DNA of 64,000 bases from Myxococcales bacterium (GCA_047601445.1 JASGJH010000001.1:3168001-3232000); one strand, 5' to 3'; shown: positions 50,261 to 60,642, counted from the first letter of the stretch. A program made the numbers and translations. Notes: generated by a model from the letters alone, not told the origin.

Positions 50261-51228
50261 GGCACTTCGCGTTGCTCGCTGTGGACGGCCGCTATCACGC
50301 TGTCGGCGAGAGCGCGAATGAACGCCGGATGAGTGCCGAGCGTACTCGCGCGCACGAAGCCGAGGCCGAGACTCTCAGCATGTCTGCGAGCCTCGATGTC
50401 GAGGTCGTAGAGCACCTCCACGTGGTCGCACAGAAAACCGATGGGCAGCGCGACCACGTCTTCGACGCCACGTTGCTTGGCGGCAGTCAAGGCATCGAGC
50501 ACGTCGGGCTCGAGCCACGGCTCGCGCGGGTTGCCGCTGCGACTCTGGTACACGAGTGAGGATCGGCCGCAGAGATCGAACCGAGCCGCCACGCGGCGCG
50601 TGGTTTCGTCGAGCTGAGACACATAGGGCGAACCGCTCGCCATGGCCTGGGGAATGCTGTGCGCCGTGAATAACACCTCGGCCCGCGCGCGGCGCGCACT
50701 GGGCAGCGTGGCGAGTGCCTGCTCCAGGTGTTCAACATGGGCTTCCACGACGGCGTCCGACAAGCCGAAGCCGCGCACCAGACGCAGCACGGGCGCGTCT
50801 GCTCCAAGCTCCGCGCGCGCCTTTTCGACGGCAGCCACGTAGCGGGCCAGGGAGGCCTCGGTTTCCTGCGCGGCCATGATCAACCCGAACACCTCACGAT
50901 GGCCACCTGCGCGAAAGGCCTCCAGGCTGTCCTTCAGCCAGGGAGACCAGTGACGCATCCCCACGCGAACCTCGAGCGGATGTCCGCGCGCAGCGAGCTC
51001 TCGGCTCAACAGCTCGGCCTGGCGCTCGGTATGCGCGGTGATGGGCGAGCTGCCGCCGAGCAACTCGTAGTGGTGCACCACCGACTCGAAGCGCTCCTCC
51101 GGCACTGGACGCCCCTCGAGCACGTTCCGCAAGAAGGGTCGGACGTCCTCGATCTTGTGAGGGCCACCGAAGGCGATCACGAGGAGCCCGCGCACCGTCG
51201 AGGCGGACGTCGCGCTCGTGCTAGTCAT
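50257..51228 (-). CDS. hemH: Ferrochelatase
   Basis: FGGP, GGSSP, FTAHSIP, YQSRSG..WLEP, GFLCDHVEVLYDLD. Confidence 0.95.
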   Translation of the reverse strand: MTSTSATSASTVRGLLVIAFGGPHKIEDVRPFLRNVLEGRPVPEERFESVVHHYELLGGSSPITAHTERQAELLSRELAARGHPLEVRVGMRHWSPWLKDSLEAFRAGGHREVFGLIMAAQETEASLARYVAAVEKARAELGADAPVLRLVRGFGLSDAVVEAHVEHLEQALATLPSARRARAEVLFTAHSIPQAMASGSPYVSQLDETTRRVAARFDLCGRSSLVYQSRSGNPREPWLEPDVLDALTAAKQRGVEDVVALPIGFLCDHVEVLYDLDIEARRHAESLGLGFVRASTLGTHPAFIRALADSVIAAVHSEQREVP

Positions 51229-52245
51229 CGCTGGCTGGCCTCGTGCACGTGATCAACCAGCGCCCGCACCTGATCGACCGACGCTTCCGGGAAGATGCCA
51301 TGTCCGAGATTGAAGATGTGGCCCGGGCGCCCCGCCGCCGACTCGAGCACCGCGCTGGCCCGACGCTTCAGCTCCTCGCGCGGCGCCACCAAGGCATAGG
51401 GATCCAGATTGCCTTGCACCGCCTTCGCACCGAGCTTCTGCCAAGTGGGACCGAGTTCGACGCGCCAATCGAAGCCGATCACGTCACCACCCGCCTCGAG
51501 CTGATGCGATAGGAGGGTGGCCGTGCCGGTGCCGAAGTGGATGTGCGGCACGCTGCGATCGAGGCCAGCGAAGAGGCGCTTCATGTGGGGCTTCACGTAA
51601 CGCACGTAGTCCGCTGGCGAGAGGGCGCCGATCCAGCTGTCGAACACCTGAAGCGCCTGGGCACCGCTGGCGACCTGCGCATTGAGGTAGTCGATGGTGG
51701 CGCTGGTGAGCTTGTGCATCAGCGCATTCCAGGCTCCCTCGTCGTTGTACATGAGCGCCTTGGTGTGCCGGTACTCCTTGCTGCCGCCGCCTTCGATGGC
51801 GTAGGACGCCAGCGTGAATGGGGCGCCTGCGAAGCCGATTAGAGGCACGTTGGCCGGCAGGCCCGCGCGCACCAGGCGCACCGTCTGCATCACGTAGCCG
51901 AGCGACTGCGCCGCGTGGATCTCCTCGGACACGCGCTCGATGTCAGCCGCGGTGCGCACCGGCTTCTCGATGTGCGGCCCGTCCCCCTTGAACTCGAAGC
52001 CGATGCCGAGGGGCTCCAAGAATCAGGAGGATATCGGCGAACAGAATGGCCGCATCGACCCCCAGCTGACTCACGGGCAAGAGCGTCACTTCCGCCGCCA
52101 GGTCGGAGCGCTGACACAGCTCCACGAAGCTGACCTTGCTGCGGATGGCCCGGTACTCGGGTTGATAGCGGCCGGCTTGGCGCATCAACCAGATCGGCGT
52201 GTACGACGTTGACTCACCGCGGCAGGCTTGGAGGAAGGCACTCAT
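51225..52245 (-). CDS. hemE: Uroporphyrinogen decarboxylase, split by a +1 frameshift at about 52018 (likely assembly error)
   Basis: [21 protein letters not shown] in one frame, [27 protein letters not shown] in the next. Removing one base gives 339 aa. Confidence 0.93.
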
Positions 52246-52284
52246 CGGCGCCCATCTTACTGCGCGCCGGGGGGGCGTCTACTG

Positions 52285-53139
52285 TCAGGGCATTTGGCGC
52301 TTGGCATCGACGATCCCGCGGGCGAGCCGCGCGGCCTCGAGCACCAGATGCCCCATCTTGCCGTGGGCAGGCTCGAAGTCGGGCTGCAACTCCAGGTTTC
52401 GCACCCCTTCGGTGCAACTCGGCCCCACCGACCCCAGCGCACAGCGCCGCAGCGCGAGACGCAACTCGCTCTCGCAGCCCATGCGCTCGGCCACCTCGAG
52501 CAGGCTCCCCGCCTGCGGGGCCGAGGTGAACAACACAACCTCGACCGTCCCCGCACAGATGGCCTGGATGACCCGCTCGAGCGGCCCGAGGTCATCCGGC
52601 AACTGCCAGCGGTAAACGGGCACCTGCATCACCTGCACACCACGCTCCGTGAGAGCCCGTGTGAGCTGCTCGTGCGGGACGCCGTACTGCTGGAGCGCCA
52701 GGCGCTTGCCGGACAGCGAGGTGTGAGCTTCGAGCACGCTCAGCAGGGTCTGCCAGGTGTGGGGCTCGGGCGCTGCCACCTGCGGCGTGACGCCGATCTC
52801 ACGCAGAGCCCGCACCGCCTTGGGCCCACGGGCGGCCACCAAAATGCCGCGCAGGCGCTCGGCGAACTCGTCCACGCCCATGCGCGCGGCTACCAGCTGA
52901 ACCAGCTTGCGATTGCCGACCCCGGTCAGCACCAGCAACCCATCCAGGCTGCCCGCTCGCAGCGCGTCGATAAACGTCTGCACCTCCGGCCCGAGGTCGA
53001 GCGGCGCTTCCACGAGGCTCGGTCCCACCAGGGGTTCAGCGCCCTGCTTGCGCACCAGGTTGGCGAACTCCTCCGAAAAGCGCGTCTCGAAGATCGCCAC
53101 GCGCATGCCCTTGAGTCCCTCGGATTCCGGCCGGTTCAT
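52285..53139 (-). CDS. hemD: Uroporphyrinogen-III synthase
   Basis: LTGVG, ARGPK, VPVYRW, FTSAPQ, SVGP. Lies in the hem operon. Confidence 0.88.
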   Translation of the reverse strand: MNRPESEGLKGMRVAIFETRFSEEFANLVRKQGAEPLVGPSLVEAPLDLGPEVQTFIDALRAGSLDGLLVLTGVGNRKLVQLVAARMGVDEFAERLRGILVAARGPKAVRALREIGVTPQVAAPEPHTWQTLLSVLEAHTSLSGKRLALQQYGVPHEQLTRALTERGVQVMQVPVYRWQLPDDLGPLERVIQAICAGTVEVVLFTSAPQAGSLLEVAERMGCESELRLALRRCALGSVGPSCTEGVRNLELQPDFEPAHGKMGHLVLEAARLARGIVDAKRQMP

Positions 53140-53178
53140 GCGGCAAGCCTGACCACTCCGGGCGCGCTTGGCCAGCGG

Positions 53179-54585
53179 TCACATGGCGATCGGTGGGTCG
53201 AACGGCTCGTTCAAGAGCTGGGCGCGCACCGCCGACATCAAGAAGATGGAGCCCGCCGCGACCACCAGCCCGCGCTTGCCTGCCAGACGTCGAGCGCGGC
53301 CCAGGGCCCGCAACGGATCCTGGACGGCAAGGCCCCCCCAGCGGGCCGAGAGCTCCCGGGCAGGCAGCGCGCGCTGCGTGCCTGGGGTCGCGAACACCAC
53401 CTTGTCCACCTGCGGCAAGAGCAGCTCCAGCATCGCCTGGTGGTCCTTGTCTGCGAGCACCCCGAACAAGAGCACGACGCGCGCGTAGCGCTCGCGCAGG
53501 GACCGCAAGTGATCGGCCAGCGCACGCGCCGCATCCGGGTTGTGCGCGGCGTCCAACAGCACGCTCGGGGCGCCCGCGATCAGCTCGAGCCGACCTGGCC
53601 AACGCACCGCGCGCAAGCCCCGCCGCAGCGCAGCTTCCGGCAGCGCAAACCCGCGCCGACGCAGCACGTCGAGCGCCGCGAGCGCGCAGGCCAGATTGTC
53701 GGCCTGATAGTCGCCCGCCAGCGGCAGTGCGACGGATTCGAGCTCGTTGTCGCCGACCCGTACCGCATATCCGCGCGGCCCGCGCTGGGCCTCGAAGTCG
53801 CGCCCGATCTGGAAGAGCGGTGCTCCCTTGCTCCTGGCGCGAGCTCGGATCACGCGCAGGGCCGCGGGGTCGCGCACCGCGCTCACCAGCGGCACCTTGG
53901 CCTTGATGATACCCGCCTTCTCGCCCGCGATCTTCGCGATGGAGGAGCCGAGCCTGTCCGCATGGTCCATGGCGATGCACGTGATCACGCTGACCTCGGG
54001 CGTCACCACGTTGGTGGCGTCGAGGCGTCCGCCCAGCCCCACCTCGAGCACCACGACGTCGCAGCGCTGATCTCGAAACAGCTCGAACGCGATCAGCGTG
54101 CAGACCTCGAAAAAGGTCAGCGGCGGCGTGTCCGGGTGCTCCAGCCAGGGCGCGAGTGCGCTCACGCGCCGCGCGAGCTCGCGCTCCGAGATGGGGCGCC
54201 CACCGACGCGAAAGCGCTCCACCATGCGATGCAGATGGGGCGACGTGTAGAGACCCACCTTGAGCCCGCTGGCGCGCAAGGTGGCCGCGAGCATGGCCGC
54301 CACGCTGCCCTTACCGTTGGTACCCGCCACCAACAGCGATCGAAAGGCGCGCTCGGGATGCCCGCGTTGCGCGAGCGCGCGCTCCATGCGCTCGAGCCCG
54401 AGCTGCACCCCGCGGGGAGCCAGGGCGTAGAGATAGCGGGTCGCTTCCGTGTAGTCGAAGGCGCGGCCAGGCAGTGCTGGCACGGGCAGCACTCGGGATT
54501 GCGCTCCTCGCGTACCCTTCCGAGCGCGCCCTTCCCGCGAACGCTCTCGAGTCCGCTCGACGCGCGAACGCCCCCGAGGGCGCAC
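53179..54585 (-). CDS. folC: Folylpolyglutamate synthase/dihydrofolate synthase
   Basis: VAGTNGKGS, YTSPHL, EVGLGGRLDATN, WPGRLE, DAAHN. Follows accD. Start uncertain. Confidence 0.95.
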   Translation of the reverse strand: MRPRGRSRVERTRERSREGRARKGTRGAQSRVLPVPALPGRAFDYTEATRYLYALAPRGVQLGLERMERALAQRGHPERAFRSLLVAGTNGKGSVAAMLAATLRASGLKVGLYTSPHLHRMVERFRVGGRPISERELARRVSALAPWLEHPDTPPLTFFEVCTLIAFELFRDQRCDVVVLEVGLGGRLDATNVVTPEVSVITCIAMDHADRLGSSIAKIAGEKAGIIKAKVPLVSAVRDPAALRVIRARARSKGAPLFQIGRDFEAQRGPRGYAVRVGDNELESVALPLAGDYQADNLACALAALDVLRRRGFALPEAALRRGLRAVRWPGRLELIAGAPSVLLDAAHNPDAARALADHLRSLRERYARVVLLFGVLADKDHQAMLELLLPQVDKVVFATPGTQRALPARELSARWGGLAVQDPLRALGRARRLAGKRGLVVAAGSIFLMSAVRAQLLNEPFDPPIAM

Positions 54586-54587
54586 GG

Positions 54588-55427
54588 TCAGTCCAGCAGG
54601 TGAGCGAGCAGCCGAGCCACGTTGGCTCGCATCTGCTTTCGCTCACTGATCAGGTCGATCATGCCGTGCTCGACCAGGAACTCCGAACGCTGGAAGCCCT
54701 CGGGCAACTTCTGACGGATGGTGTTCTCGATCACGCGCGGACCGGCGAAGCCGATCAAGGCGCGCGGCTCGGCGATGTTCACGTCCCCCAGCAGCGCGAA
54801 GCTGGCGGCCACACCGCCCGTGGTGGGGTTGAGGCAGATGCTGAAGAACGGCATCCGCACGTCGCGCAGACGGCCGAGCGCCGATACCGTCTTGCCCATC
54901 TGCATGAGGGACATCACGCCCTCCTGCATGCGCGCACCGCCCGACGCCGAGAGCAGAATCACCGGCTGCTTGAGGTCCACGCCGCGCTCGAACATGCGCG
55001 TGATCTTCTCGCCGACCACCGAGCCCATTGAGCCGCCCATATAACGGAACATGAACGTGCCGAGCTGCACGTTGCGGCCTTCGATTTGCCCCTGACCGCT
55101 CAGGAACGCGTCCTTGAGGCCCGTGGTCTTTTGCGCCCCGCGGATGCGGTCGGCGTAGCGCTTGGAGTCGTTGAAGCCGAGGAAGTCCTTGGCCGCCAAA
55201 GAGGGGTCGCGCTCGTCGAAGGAGCCCGGGTCGCACAGGAGCTCCATCCAGGCTTCGCCACTGAGCGGGTAATGGTGGTTGCACTGGGGACACACCTCGA
55301 GATTCGCGGTGAAATCCTCGGCGGTGCCCTGCACGCCGCACTCGGTGCAGCGTCGAAAGACGCCGGCGCCTAGGGTGCGCTTCTCGGAGGCGTCCTGATC
55401 CGGACGGTTTTTGCTGAACCAACCCAT
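54588..55427 (-). CDS. accD: Acetyl-CoA carboxylase carboxyltransferase beta subunit
   Basis: CTEC..CPQC zinc finger, GGSMGSVVGEK, SGGARMQEG, GFAGPRVIE. Confidence 0.97.
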   Translation of the reverse strand: MGWFSKNRPDQDASEKRTLGAGVFRRCTECGVQGTAEDFTANLEVCPQCNHHYPLSGEAWMELLCDPGSFDERDPSLAAKDFLGFNDSKRYADRIRGAQKTTGLKDAFLSGQGQIEGRNVQLGTFMFRYMGGSMGSVVGEKITRMFERGVDLKQPVILLSASGGARMQEGVMSLMQMGKTVSALGRLRDVRMPFFSICLNPTTGGVAASFALLGDVNIAEPRALIGFAGPRVIENTIRQKLPEGFQRSEFLVEHGMIDLISERKQMRANVARLLAHLLD

Positions 55428-55443
55428 CGCTAAACCGCGCTCT

Positions 55444-56214
55444 CTAGCACCCGGCCACGATCACCGCTAGGTGTCGCCCGGCCCGGCTTCCGTCGCGCCG
55501 AAAAGAGAAAAAGTGCTGCGCGTCCGCATATGTGCAGCCACCCACAGTTTCTACGTGCGCCGCCGTGAGTCCTGCTTGCTCGAGCTGCGCGCGAACTGCG
55601 AGCCCCAGGTCCGCGTGGGGCCGGGGTTCGCGCGGAATGACCACCCGGACGCCTGCGGGCACCGCCCGAGCGAGGGCCTCGGCGACCTCGGGCCCGACTT
55701 CGAAGGCCTCGGGTCCAATGTGGGGACCTACCGCGGCTAACAAGCGCTCGGCCTTCCCCCCGCCGTGGGTCAGAAGCTTCCGCACCGCCTCCTGGACGAT
55801 GCCGGCCACCACGCCGCGCCATCCCGCGTGGATTGCCAAGACCGCCCCCGTCTCGGGGTCGCCCACCAAAATCGGCACGCAATCGGCTATCCGAATGCCG
55901 ATCGCCTGACCTGGCACCGAAGCCAGCAAGGCATCCGCTTCGCGTGCCCGGAACTGCTGCGGCGGCACGCCGGCCTCGGCGACGGCCACCTCCGAGCCGT
56001 GCACCTGACTGACCTCGAAGAGCGCTTCGGCCTGGTAATCGAGCTCGGCCGCCAGGCGCCGGTGGTTCTCGGCCACCGCCTGTGGGTCGTCCCCCACGTT
56101 GCGCGCGAGGTTCAGGTCGGAGAAGGGCGCCGCGCTGACGCCCCCCCGTCGGAGCGTGAACCCGTGACGAAAACCAGCCTCGCCGAGGAGCTTCGCGCGC
56201 AGACAGAGGGACAC
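55444..56214 (-). CDS. pgeF: YfiH/PgeF family protein
   Basis: HGFTLRRGGVS, QVHG, ADCVP, HAGWRG, FFSFRRD. Confidence 0.93.
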   Translation of the reverse strand: MSLCLRAKLLGEAGFRHGFTLRRGGVSAAPFSDLNLARNVGDDPQAVAENHRRLAAELDYQAEALFEVSQVHGSEVAVAEAGVPPQQFRAREADALLASVPGQAIGIRIADCVPILVGDPETGAVLAIHAGWRGVVAGIVQEAVRKLLTHGGGKAERLLAAVGPHIGPEAFEVGPEVAEALARAVPAGVRVVIPREPRPHADLGLAVRAQLEQAGLTAAHVETVGGCTYADAQHFFSFRRDGSRAGRHLAVIVAGC

Positions 56215-56258
56215 CCGTGCTTGTCTAACACGAAGACGCGCGATACGTACGGCGCGAC

Positions 56259-56684
56259 ATGGCACTTCAGTTCCCCTCGGCCCCCTGGGCCAACGCCTAC
56301 AAGGACGCGATCAACCAGAACGCGCTCTACAAGAAGTCGGCTGCCAACTGGGATCAGGGGGCGATCGCACTGGTCTGCCAGGCTGCCCCCGAATTCGGCG
56401 TGCCCACGGCCGTGGGCATCGTGCTGGATCTCATCCACGGTGAATGCCGCGGCGTCGTGTACACCGAAGAGCGCAGCGTCATCGACGCCACGCCCTTCGT
56501 GATCGAAGCCAGCTACGCGCAGTGGAAGGCCGTGATGCGCGGCGAGACCGATCCGATCCGCGCCATGCTGCAGGGCCAGCTGAAGCTCTCCAAGGGTCAC
56601 TTGCCCACCATCATCAAGGACGTCGAAGGCTCCAAGCAGCTGGTCTTGAGCGCCTCCAAGATCGACACCGAGTTCCTCGGATGA
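56259..56684 (+). CDS. SCP2 sterol/lipid-binding domain protein
   Basis: FPSAPW..., FVIEASYAQWKAVMRGETDPIRAMLQGQLKLSKG. Confidence 0.85.
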   Translation: MALQFPSAPWANAYKDAINQNALYKKSAANWDQGAIALVCQAAPEFGVPTAVGIVLDLIHGECRGVVYTEERSVIDATPFVIEASYAQWKAVMRGETDPIRAMLQGQLKLSKGHLPTIIKDVEGSKQLVLSASKIDTEFLG

Positions 56685-57121
56685 GCGGCGGCGAGCCAGC
56701 CATCGAGCTCTTTCCGGGCGCCGAGGAGCTGGCGTTCGCCACCATCATGGTGGACCTCATTCGCACGAACCTGGCCGATCGCCCGCCCAAGCGCCGGGAC
56801 TTCGAGGCCATGCGTGGTCGCGTAGCGCTGGTGGCCGAAGACATCGGATTGTCCATCACGCTGCGCTTCCAGCGAGGTCGCTTGAGCGTGCACCCAGGCC
56901 TGTTCGGCATCCCCAATCTGGTAGTACGCGGCCCGAGCAGCGCACTCATCGATTTGTCGCGCTTGCCACCGCACCCGCGGCTCAAGTTCCTGCCGGACCT
57001 GGGCTCCGACGTGGCGCGCGCTCTCGGCACGGCGCTGCGCGAGCGCAGCCTGCGGATCTACGGGCTCCTCGGCCACGCTGGCCTGGGCTTGCGTTTTGCT
57101 CGCGTGCTCTCCATCTATTGA
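56681..57121 (+). CDS. Hypothetical protein, SCP2-like
   Basis: ATGA overlap with the upstream gene. ITLRFQRG..PNLVVRG..LRIYG pattern. Confidence 0.6.
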   Translation: MSGGEPAIELFPGAEELAFATIMVDLIRTNLADRPPKRRDFEAMRGRVALVAEDIGLSITLRFQRGRLSVHPGLFGIPNLVVRGPSSALIDLSRLPPHPRLKFLPDLGSDVARALGTALRERSLRIYGLLGHAGLGLRFARVLSIY

Positions 57122-57123
57122 GG

Positions 57124-57433
57124 ATGGAACTCGACTATCGGCACAGTTTCGCGCCCGACGAGGCCCGGGAGCGCGTACGCGCGCTGACGGACTATCTGTC
57201 GAACAAGCACGGCATGAAGGTCCAATGGACCGGTCCCGACACCGCCAAGGTGCAGGGCAAGTACACGGTCGTGAGCATCGAGGCGGAATCTCAAGCTCGA
57301 GAGCGGCCGCGTATGCGTTCAGGGCAAGGACCCTGGCTTCATGTGGCGCTTGCCAGCCAAGAAGTACATCGAGGGCAAGCTCGTGCAGTACCTGGACTCG
57401 AGCAAGCCGCTGGACATCCTCCCACGCACCTGA
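57124..57433 (+). CDS. Polyhydroxyalkanoic-acid-system (PHA_gran_rgn-like) small protein, +1 frameshift at about 57287
   Basis: HSFAPDEARERVRAL..WTG. Removing one A of AA 57287-57288 continues as DLKLESGRVCVQGKDPGFMWRLPAKKYIEGKL (102 aa). Confidence 0.7.
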
Positions 57434-57525
57434 GGAATCACGGGCCCGTCATCCCCGTGCCCGTGCCCGCCTTCTTCTTCTTCTTTCGAGCAGGGGGCCG
57501 TTGGCGCTCTGCGCCTCCGCAAAGC

Positions 57526-57557
57526 AAAAGGGCGACCGCTAACGCGGCCGCCCTTTT
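57526..57557 (-). terminator. Intrinsic (probably bidirectional) terminator after tRNA-Leu
   Basis: AAAAGGGCGACCGC-TAAC-GCGGCCGCCCTTTT. Confidence 0.85.
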
Positions 57558-57641
57558 GGTGCAGAAGAGAGGACTCGAACCTCCACGGGTTGCCCCACCA
57601 GATCCTTAGTCTGGCGCGTATGCCAATTCCGCCACTTCTGC
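57557..57641 (-). tRNA. tRNA-Leu, anticodon AAG as sequenced
   Basis: GCAGAAG/CTTCTGC acceptor stem, D-loop GG, CCAGA-CTAAGGA-TCTGG anticodon arm, long variable arm, TTCGAGT T-loop, A73, encoded CCA. Confidence 0.95.
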
Positions 57642-57679
57642 CTGCGTGTCCGGGTGTCCCCGGCTGAACAGTGGCCGCA

Positions 57680-57707
57680 ATCCTAGTGTGGAGCCCCCCG
57701 CTGTCAA
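57680..57707 (-). promoter_or_regulatory. Sigma70 promoter of tRNA-Leu
   Basis: TTGACA-N16-TAGGAT followed by the GC-rich discriminator TGCGGCC. Confidence 0.8.
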
Positions 57708-57855
57708 GCCCGGGAGTCGTTTCAGTACGCGTCCTTGCCTCGCGACAGGTTCTTGACCTAGGCCCCCGAAAGATGCGCTGATTTTGGGTGTGCGTCGGCG
57801 GGGCCGGATCGGCCGTCCCAGACGCGGGCTGAGCCAGCCACATAGGGAGGGTGCC

Positions 57856-58215
57856 ATGTTCAAGGATGTGTTGCGCGACGTCGTGGAGCGCACCGATGGG
57901 GGGATCGCCGGCCTCCTGATGGGGTTCGACGGGATCCCGGTCGAAAACTACGTGAAGGGCGACCTCTCCGTGGATGTGGAGACTGTGGGCATGGAGTACA
58001 GCGTGATCCTCACGCAGATCATCAAGGCCGCGAAGATGCTGGAGGCCGGCGAGGCCCGCGAGGTCGCCATCCAGGCTGAGAAGGTCACCACGGTGATCCG
58101 CCTGCTCAACAAGGACTACTTCGTGGCCCTCACCATGGCCCCCCAGGGTAACTTCGGAAAGGGCCGCTTCCTGTTGCGCACCCTGACCCCCAAGCTGCTC
58201 GACGATCTGCTCTGA
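57856..58215 (+). CDS. mglC: Roadblock/LC7 protein, MglC-like
   Basis: MGFDGI (FDI motif), YFVAL..GNFGKGRF. Same locus as accB-accC-sgmX. Confidence 0.8.
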   Translation: MFKDVLRDVVERTDGGIAGLLMGFDGIPVENYVKGDLSVDVETVGMEYSVILTQIIKAAKMLEAGEAREVAIQAEKVTTVIRLLNKDYFVALTMAPQGNFGKGRFLLRTLTPKLLDDLL

Positions 58216-58218
58216 GCC

Positions 58219-58680
58219 ATGACCCTCGCCAACGCCGCCGATCTCTCCGTTCTCGTCCTGCACGGCCCCAACCTCAACCTGTTGGGCACGCGTGAGCCCG
58301 AGGTCTACGGCTATCGCACGCTTGCCGACATCGATCGCGAGCTCACGGAGCTGGCCAAGAGCCTGGGCGTCACGCTCGAGTCCCTGCAATCGAACCATGA
58401 AGGCGTCTTGATCGACCGCATCCATGGTTCGCGCGGCAAGCACCAGGGCATCGTCATCAACCCGGGCGGGCTAACCCACACCTCGGTGGCCTTGCGCGAT
58501 GCCCTGCTCGGGGTGGGTCTCCCCGCGATCGAGGTCCATCTCAGCAACATCCACCGGCGCGAGGCCTTCCGACACACGTCGCTCACGGCCGCCGCCTGCG
58601 TGGGGTGCATCCTCGGGTTCGGCCCGAACAGCTATGCGCTCGGACTGCGCGCCCTGGTCGACCACCTGCGCTCCCAGTAG
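58219..58680 (+). CDS. aroQ: Type II 3-dehydroquinate dehydratase
   Basis: [30 protein letters not shown]. Confidence 0.97.
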   Translation: MTLANAADLSVLVLHGPNLNLLGTREPEVYGYRTLADIDRELTELAKSLGVTLESLQSNHEGVLIDRIHGSRGKHQGIVINPGGLTHTSVALRDALLGVGLPAIEVHLSNIHRREAFRHTSLTAAACVGCILGFGPNSYALGLRALVDHLRSQ

Positions 58681-58828
58681 CCGCCGCTCCGGGGGCCCGA
58701 GAGCCAGCGCTCGAGCGTTGGTTTTCCGGGGCGACCCCGAATCGGGATGCTACCTTGACGGCCGCGCGCCCCCGGGGTGCGCCCGCTGGCACGAGCCGGC
58801 GTATTTCGACCGAGGCGACCGAGGCTCC

Positions 58829-59305
<477 letters not shown>

Positions 59306-59313
59306 GAAGCCCG

Positions 59314-60642
59314 ATGTTCAAGAAGATCCTCATCGCCAATCGCGGGGAGATCGCCCTGCGCATCATCCGTGGCTGTCGCGAGCTCGGCATCCCCACCGTG
59401 GCGGTGCACAGCACCGCCGACTCCGAGGCGCTACACGTGCGCTTCGCCGACGAAGCCGTGTGCATCGGCCCGCCGCCCGCCAAGGAAAGCTACCTGCACG
59501 TGCCCGCCATCATCGCCGCCGCCGAGATCAGCGGCGCGGATGCGGTACACCCCGGCTACGGCTTTCTCTCCGAGAACGCCGAGTTCGCCGACATTTGCAA
59601 GCAGTGCGGGTTGACCTTCATCGGACCCACCCCCGACAACATGCAGAACTGGGGCGACAAGGTGACCGCGCGCAAGAACGCGGTGCGCCTGGGCTTGCCG
59701 CTGTTGCCCGGGTCGGGCGTCTTGAAGGACGTCGATGATGCGGTGGAGCAGGCCAAGCGCGTCGGCTTCCCCGTGATGCTCAAGGCCTCGGGTGGCGGCG
59801 GCGGACGCGGCATGCAGATCCTGCGCAACGAGGCCGACGTGCGCGGCGGCTTCGCCCGCGCCCAGGCCGAGGCCATCGCGGGCTTCAAGAACGGTGACCT
59901 CTACCTCGAGCGCTACATCGAGGAGCCACGCCACATCGAGTTCCAGGTGATGTGCGACGGCAAGGGCATGGCCATGGTGCTCGGCGAGCGTGAGTGCTCG
60001 ATCCAGCGCCGCCACCAGAAGCTGCTCGAGGAGGCTCCCTCCATCGCCGTCAGCGAGCAGCTGCGCAACGACATGGCGTCGACGATTTCACGGGCCATGC
60101 GCGACAGCAACTACGTCTCCCTCGGCACGCTCGAGTTCCTGATGGACGAAAAGGGCGAGCTCTACTTCATGGAGATGAACACGCGCATCCAGGTGGAACA
60201 CCCGGTGACCGAGATGGTCACGGGCGTGGACCTGGTGGCCGAGCAAATCCGCATCGCGGCGGGCGAGTCCCCGTCGTTCCCGGACAAGAGCGTCCAGCCC
60301 CGGGGCCACGCCATCGAGTGTCGCATCAATGCCGAGGACCCCGAGACGTTCGTGCCCTGGCCCGGCCTGATTACCCAATACCACTCGCCTGGCGGCGCCG
60401 GGGTGCGGGTCGACGACGGGGTCTATGGCGGCTACCGGGTGCCCGGCAACTACGACTCCCTGATCGCCAAGATCATCACCCACGGGCGCACCCGGCACGA
60501 AGCCATCGCCCGCATGCGGCGCGCCCTGTCCGAGACCATCATCTCCGGGATCCGCACCACCATTCCGGTCCACCAGCGGATTTTGGCCTCCGAGGACTAC
60601 GTTCGGGGCCAAGTCTCCACCCGTTTCCTCGAGCGTCTCTGA
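59314..60642 (+). CDS. accC: Biotin carboxylase
   Basis: [36 protein letters not shown]. Confidence 0.97.
   Translation: MFKKILIANRGEIALRIIRGCRELGIPTVAVHSTADSEALHVRFADEAVCIGPPPAKESYLHVPAIIAAAEISGADAVHPGYGFLSENAEFADICKQCGLTFIGPTPDNMQNWGDKVTARKNAVRLGLPLLPGSGVLKDVDDAVEQAKRVGFPVMLKASGGGGGRGMQILRNEADVRGGFARAQAEAIAGFKNGDLYLERYIEEPRHIEFQVMCDGKGMAMVLGERECSIQRRHQKLLEEAPSIAVSEQLRNDMASTISRAMRDSNYVSLGTLEFLMDEKGELYFMEMNTRIQVEHPVTEMVTGVDLVAEQIRIAAGESPSFPDKSVQPRGHAIECRINAEDPETFVPWPGLITQYHSPGGAGVRVDDGVYGGYRVPGNYDSLIAKIITHGRTRHEAIARMRRALSETIISGIRTTIPVHQRILASEDYVRGQVSTRFLERL

Noticed and set aside
51943..52245. Programmed frameshifting or pseudogenisation of hemE
   Set aside because: There is no slippery site and no other decay. 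Two further single-base indels in the window point to assembly error.
52228..54603. 791-aa plus-strand ORF, and similar long antisense ORFs such as 5050..6954, 21432..23315, 28464..30428 and 16606..18105
   Set aside because: These are shadow ORFs opposite well-supported genes, expected in high-GC DNA, with no recognisable motifs.
57430..57641. Integrated element at the tRNA 3' end
   Set aside because: There is no integrase and no duplicated tRNA 3' end in the window. The native terminator directly follows CCA.
58786..58803. Sigma54 promoter before accB (TGGCACG)
   Set aside because: The -12 GC is not at GG-N10-GC spacing.
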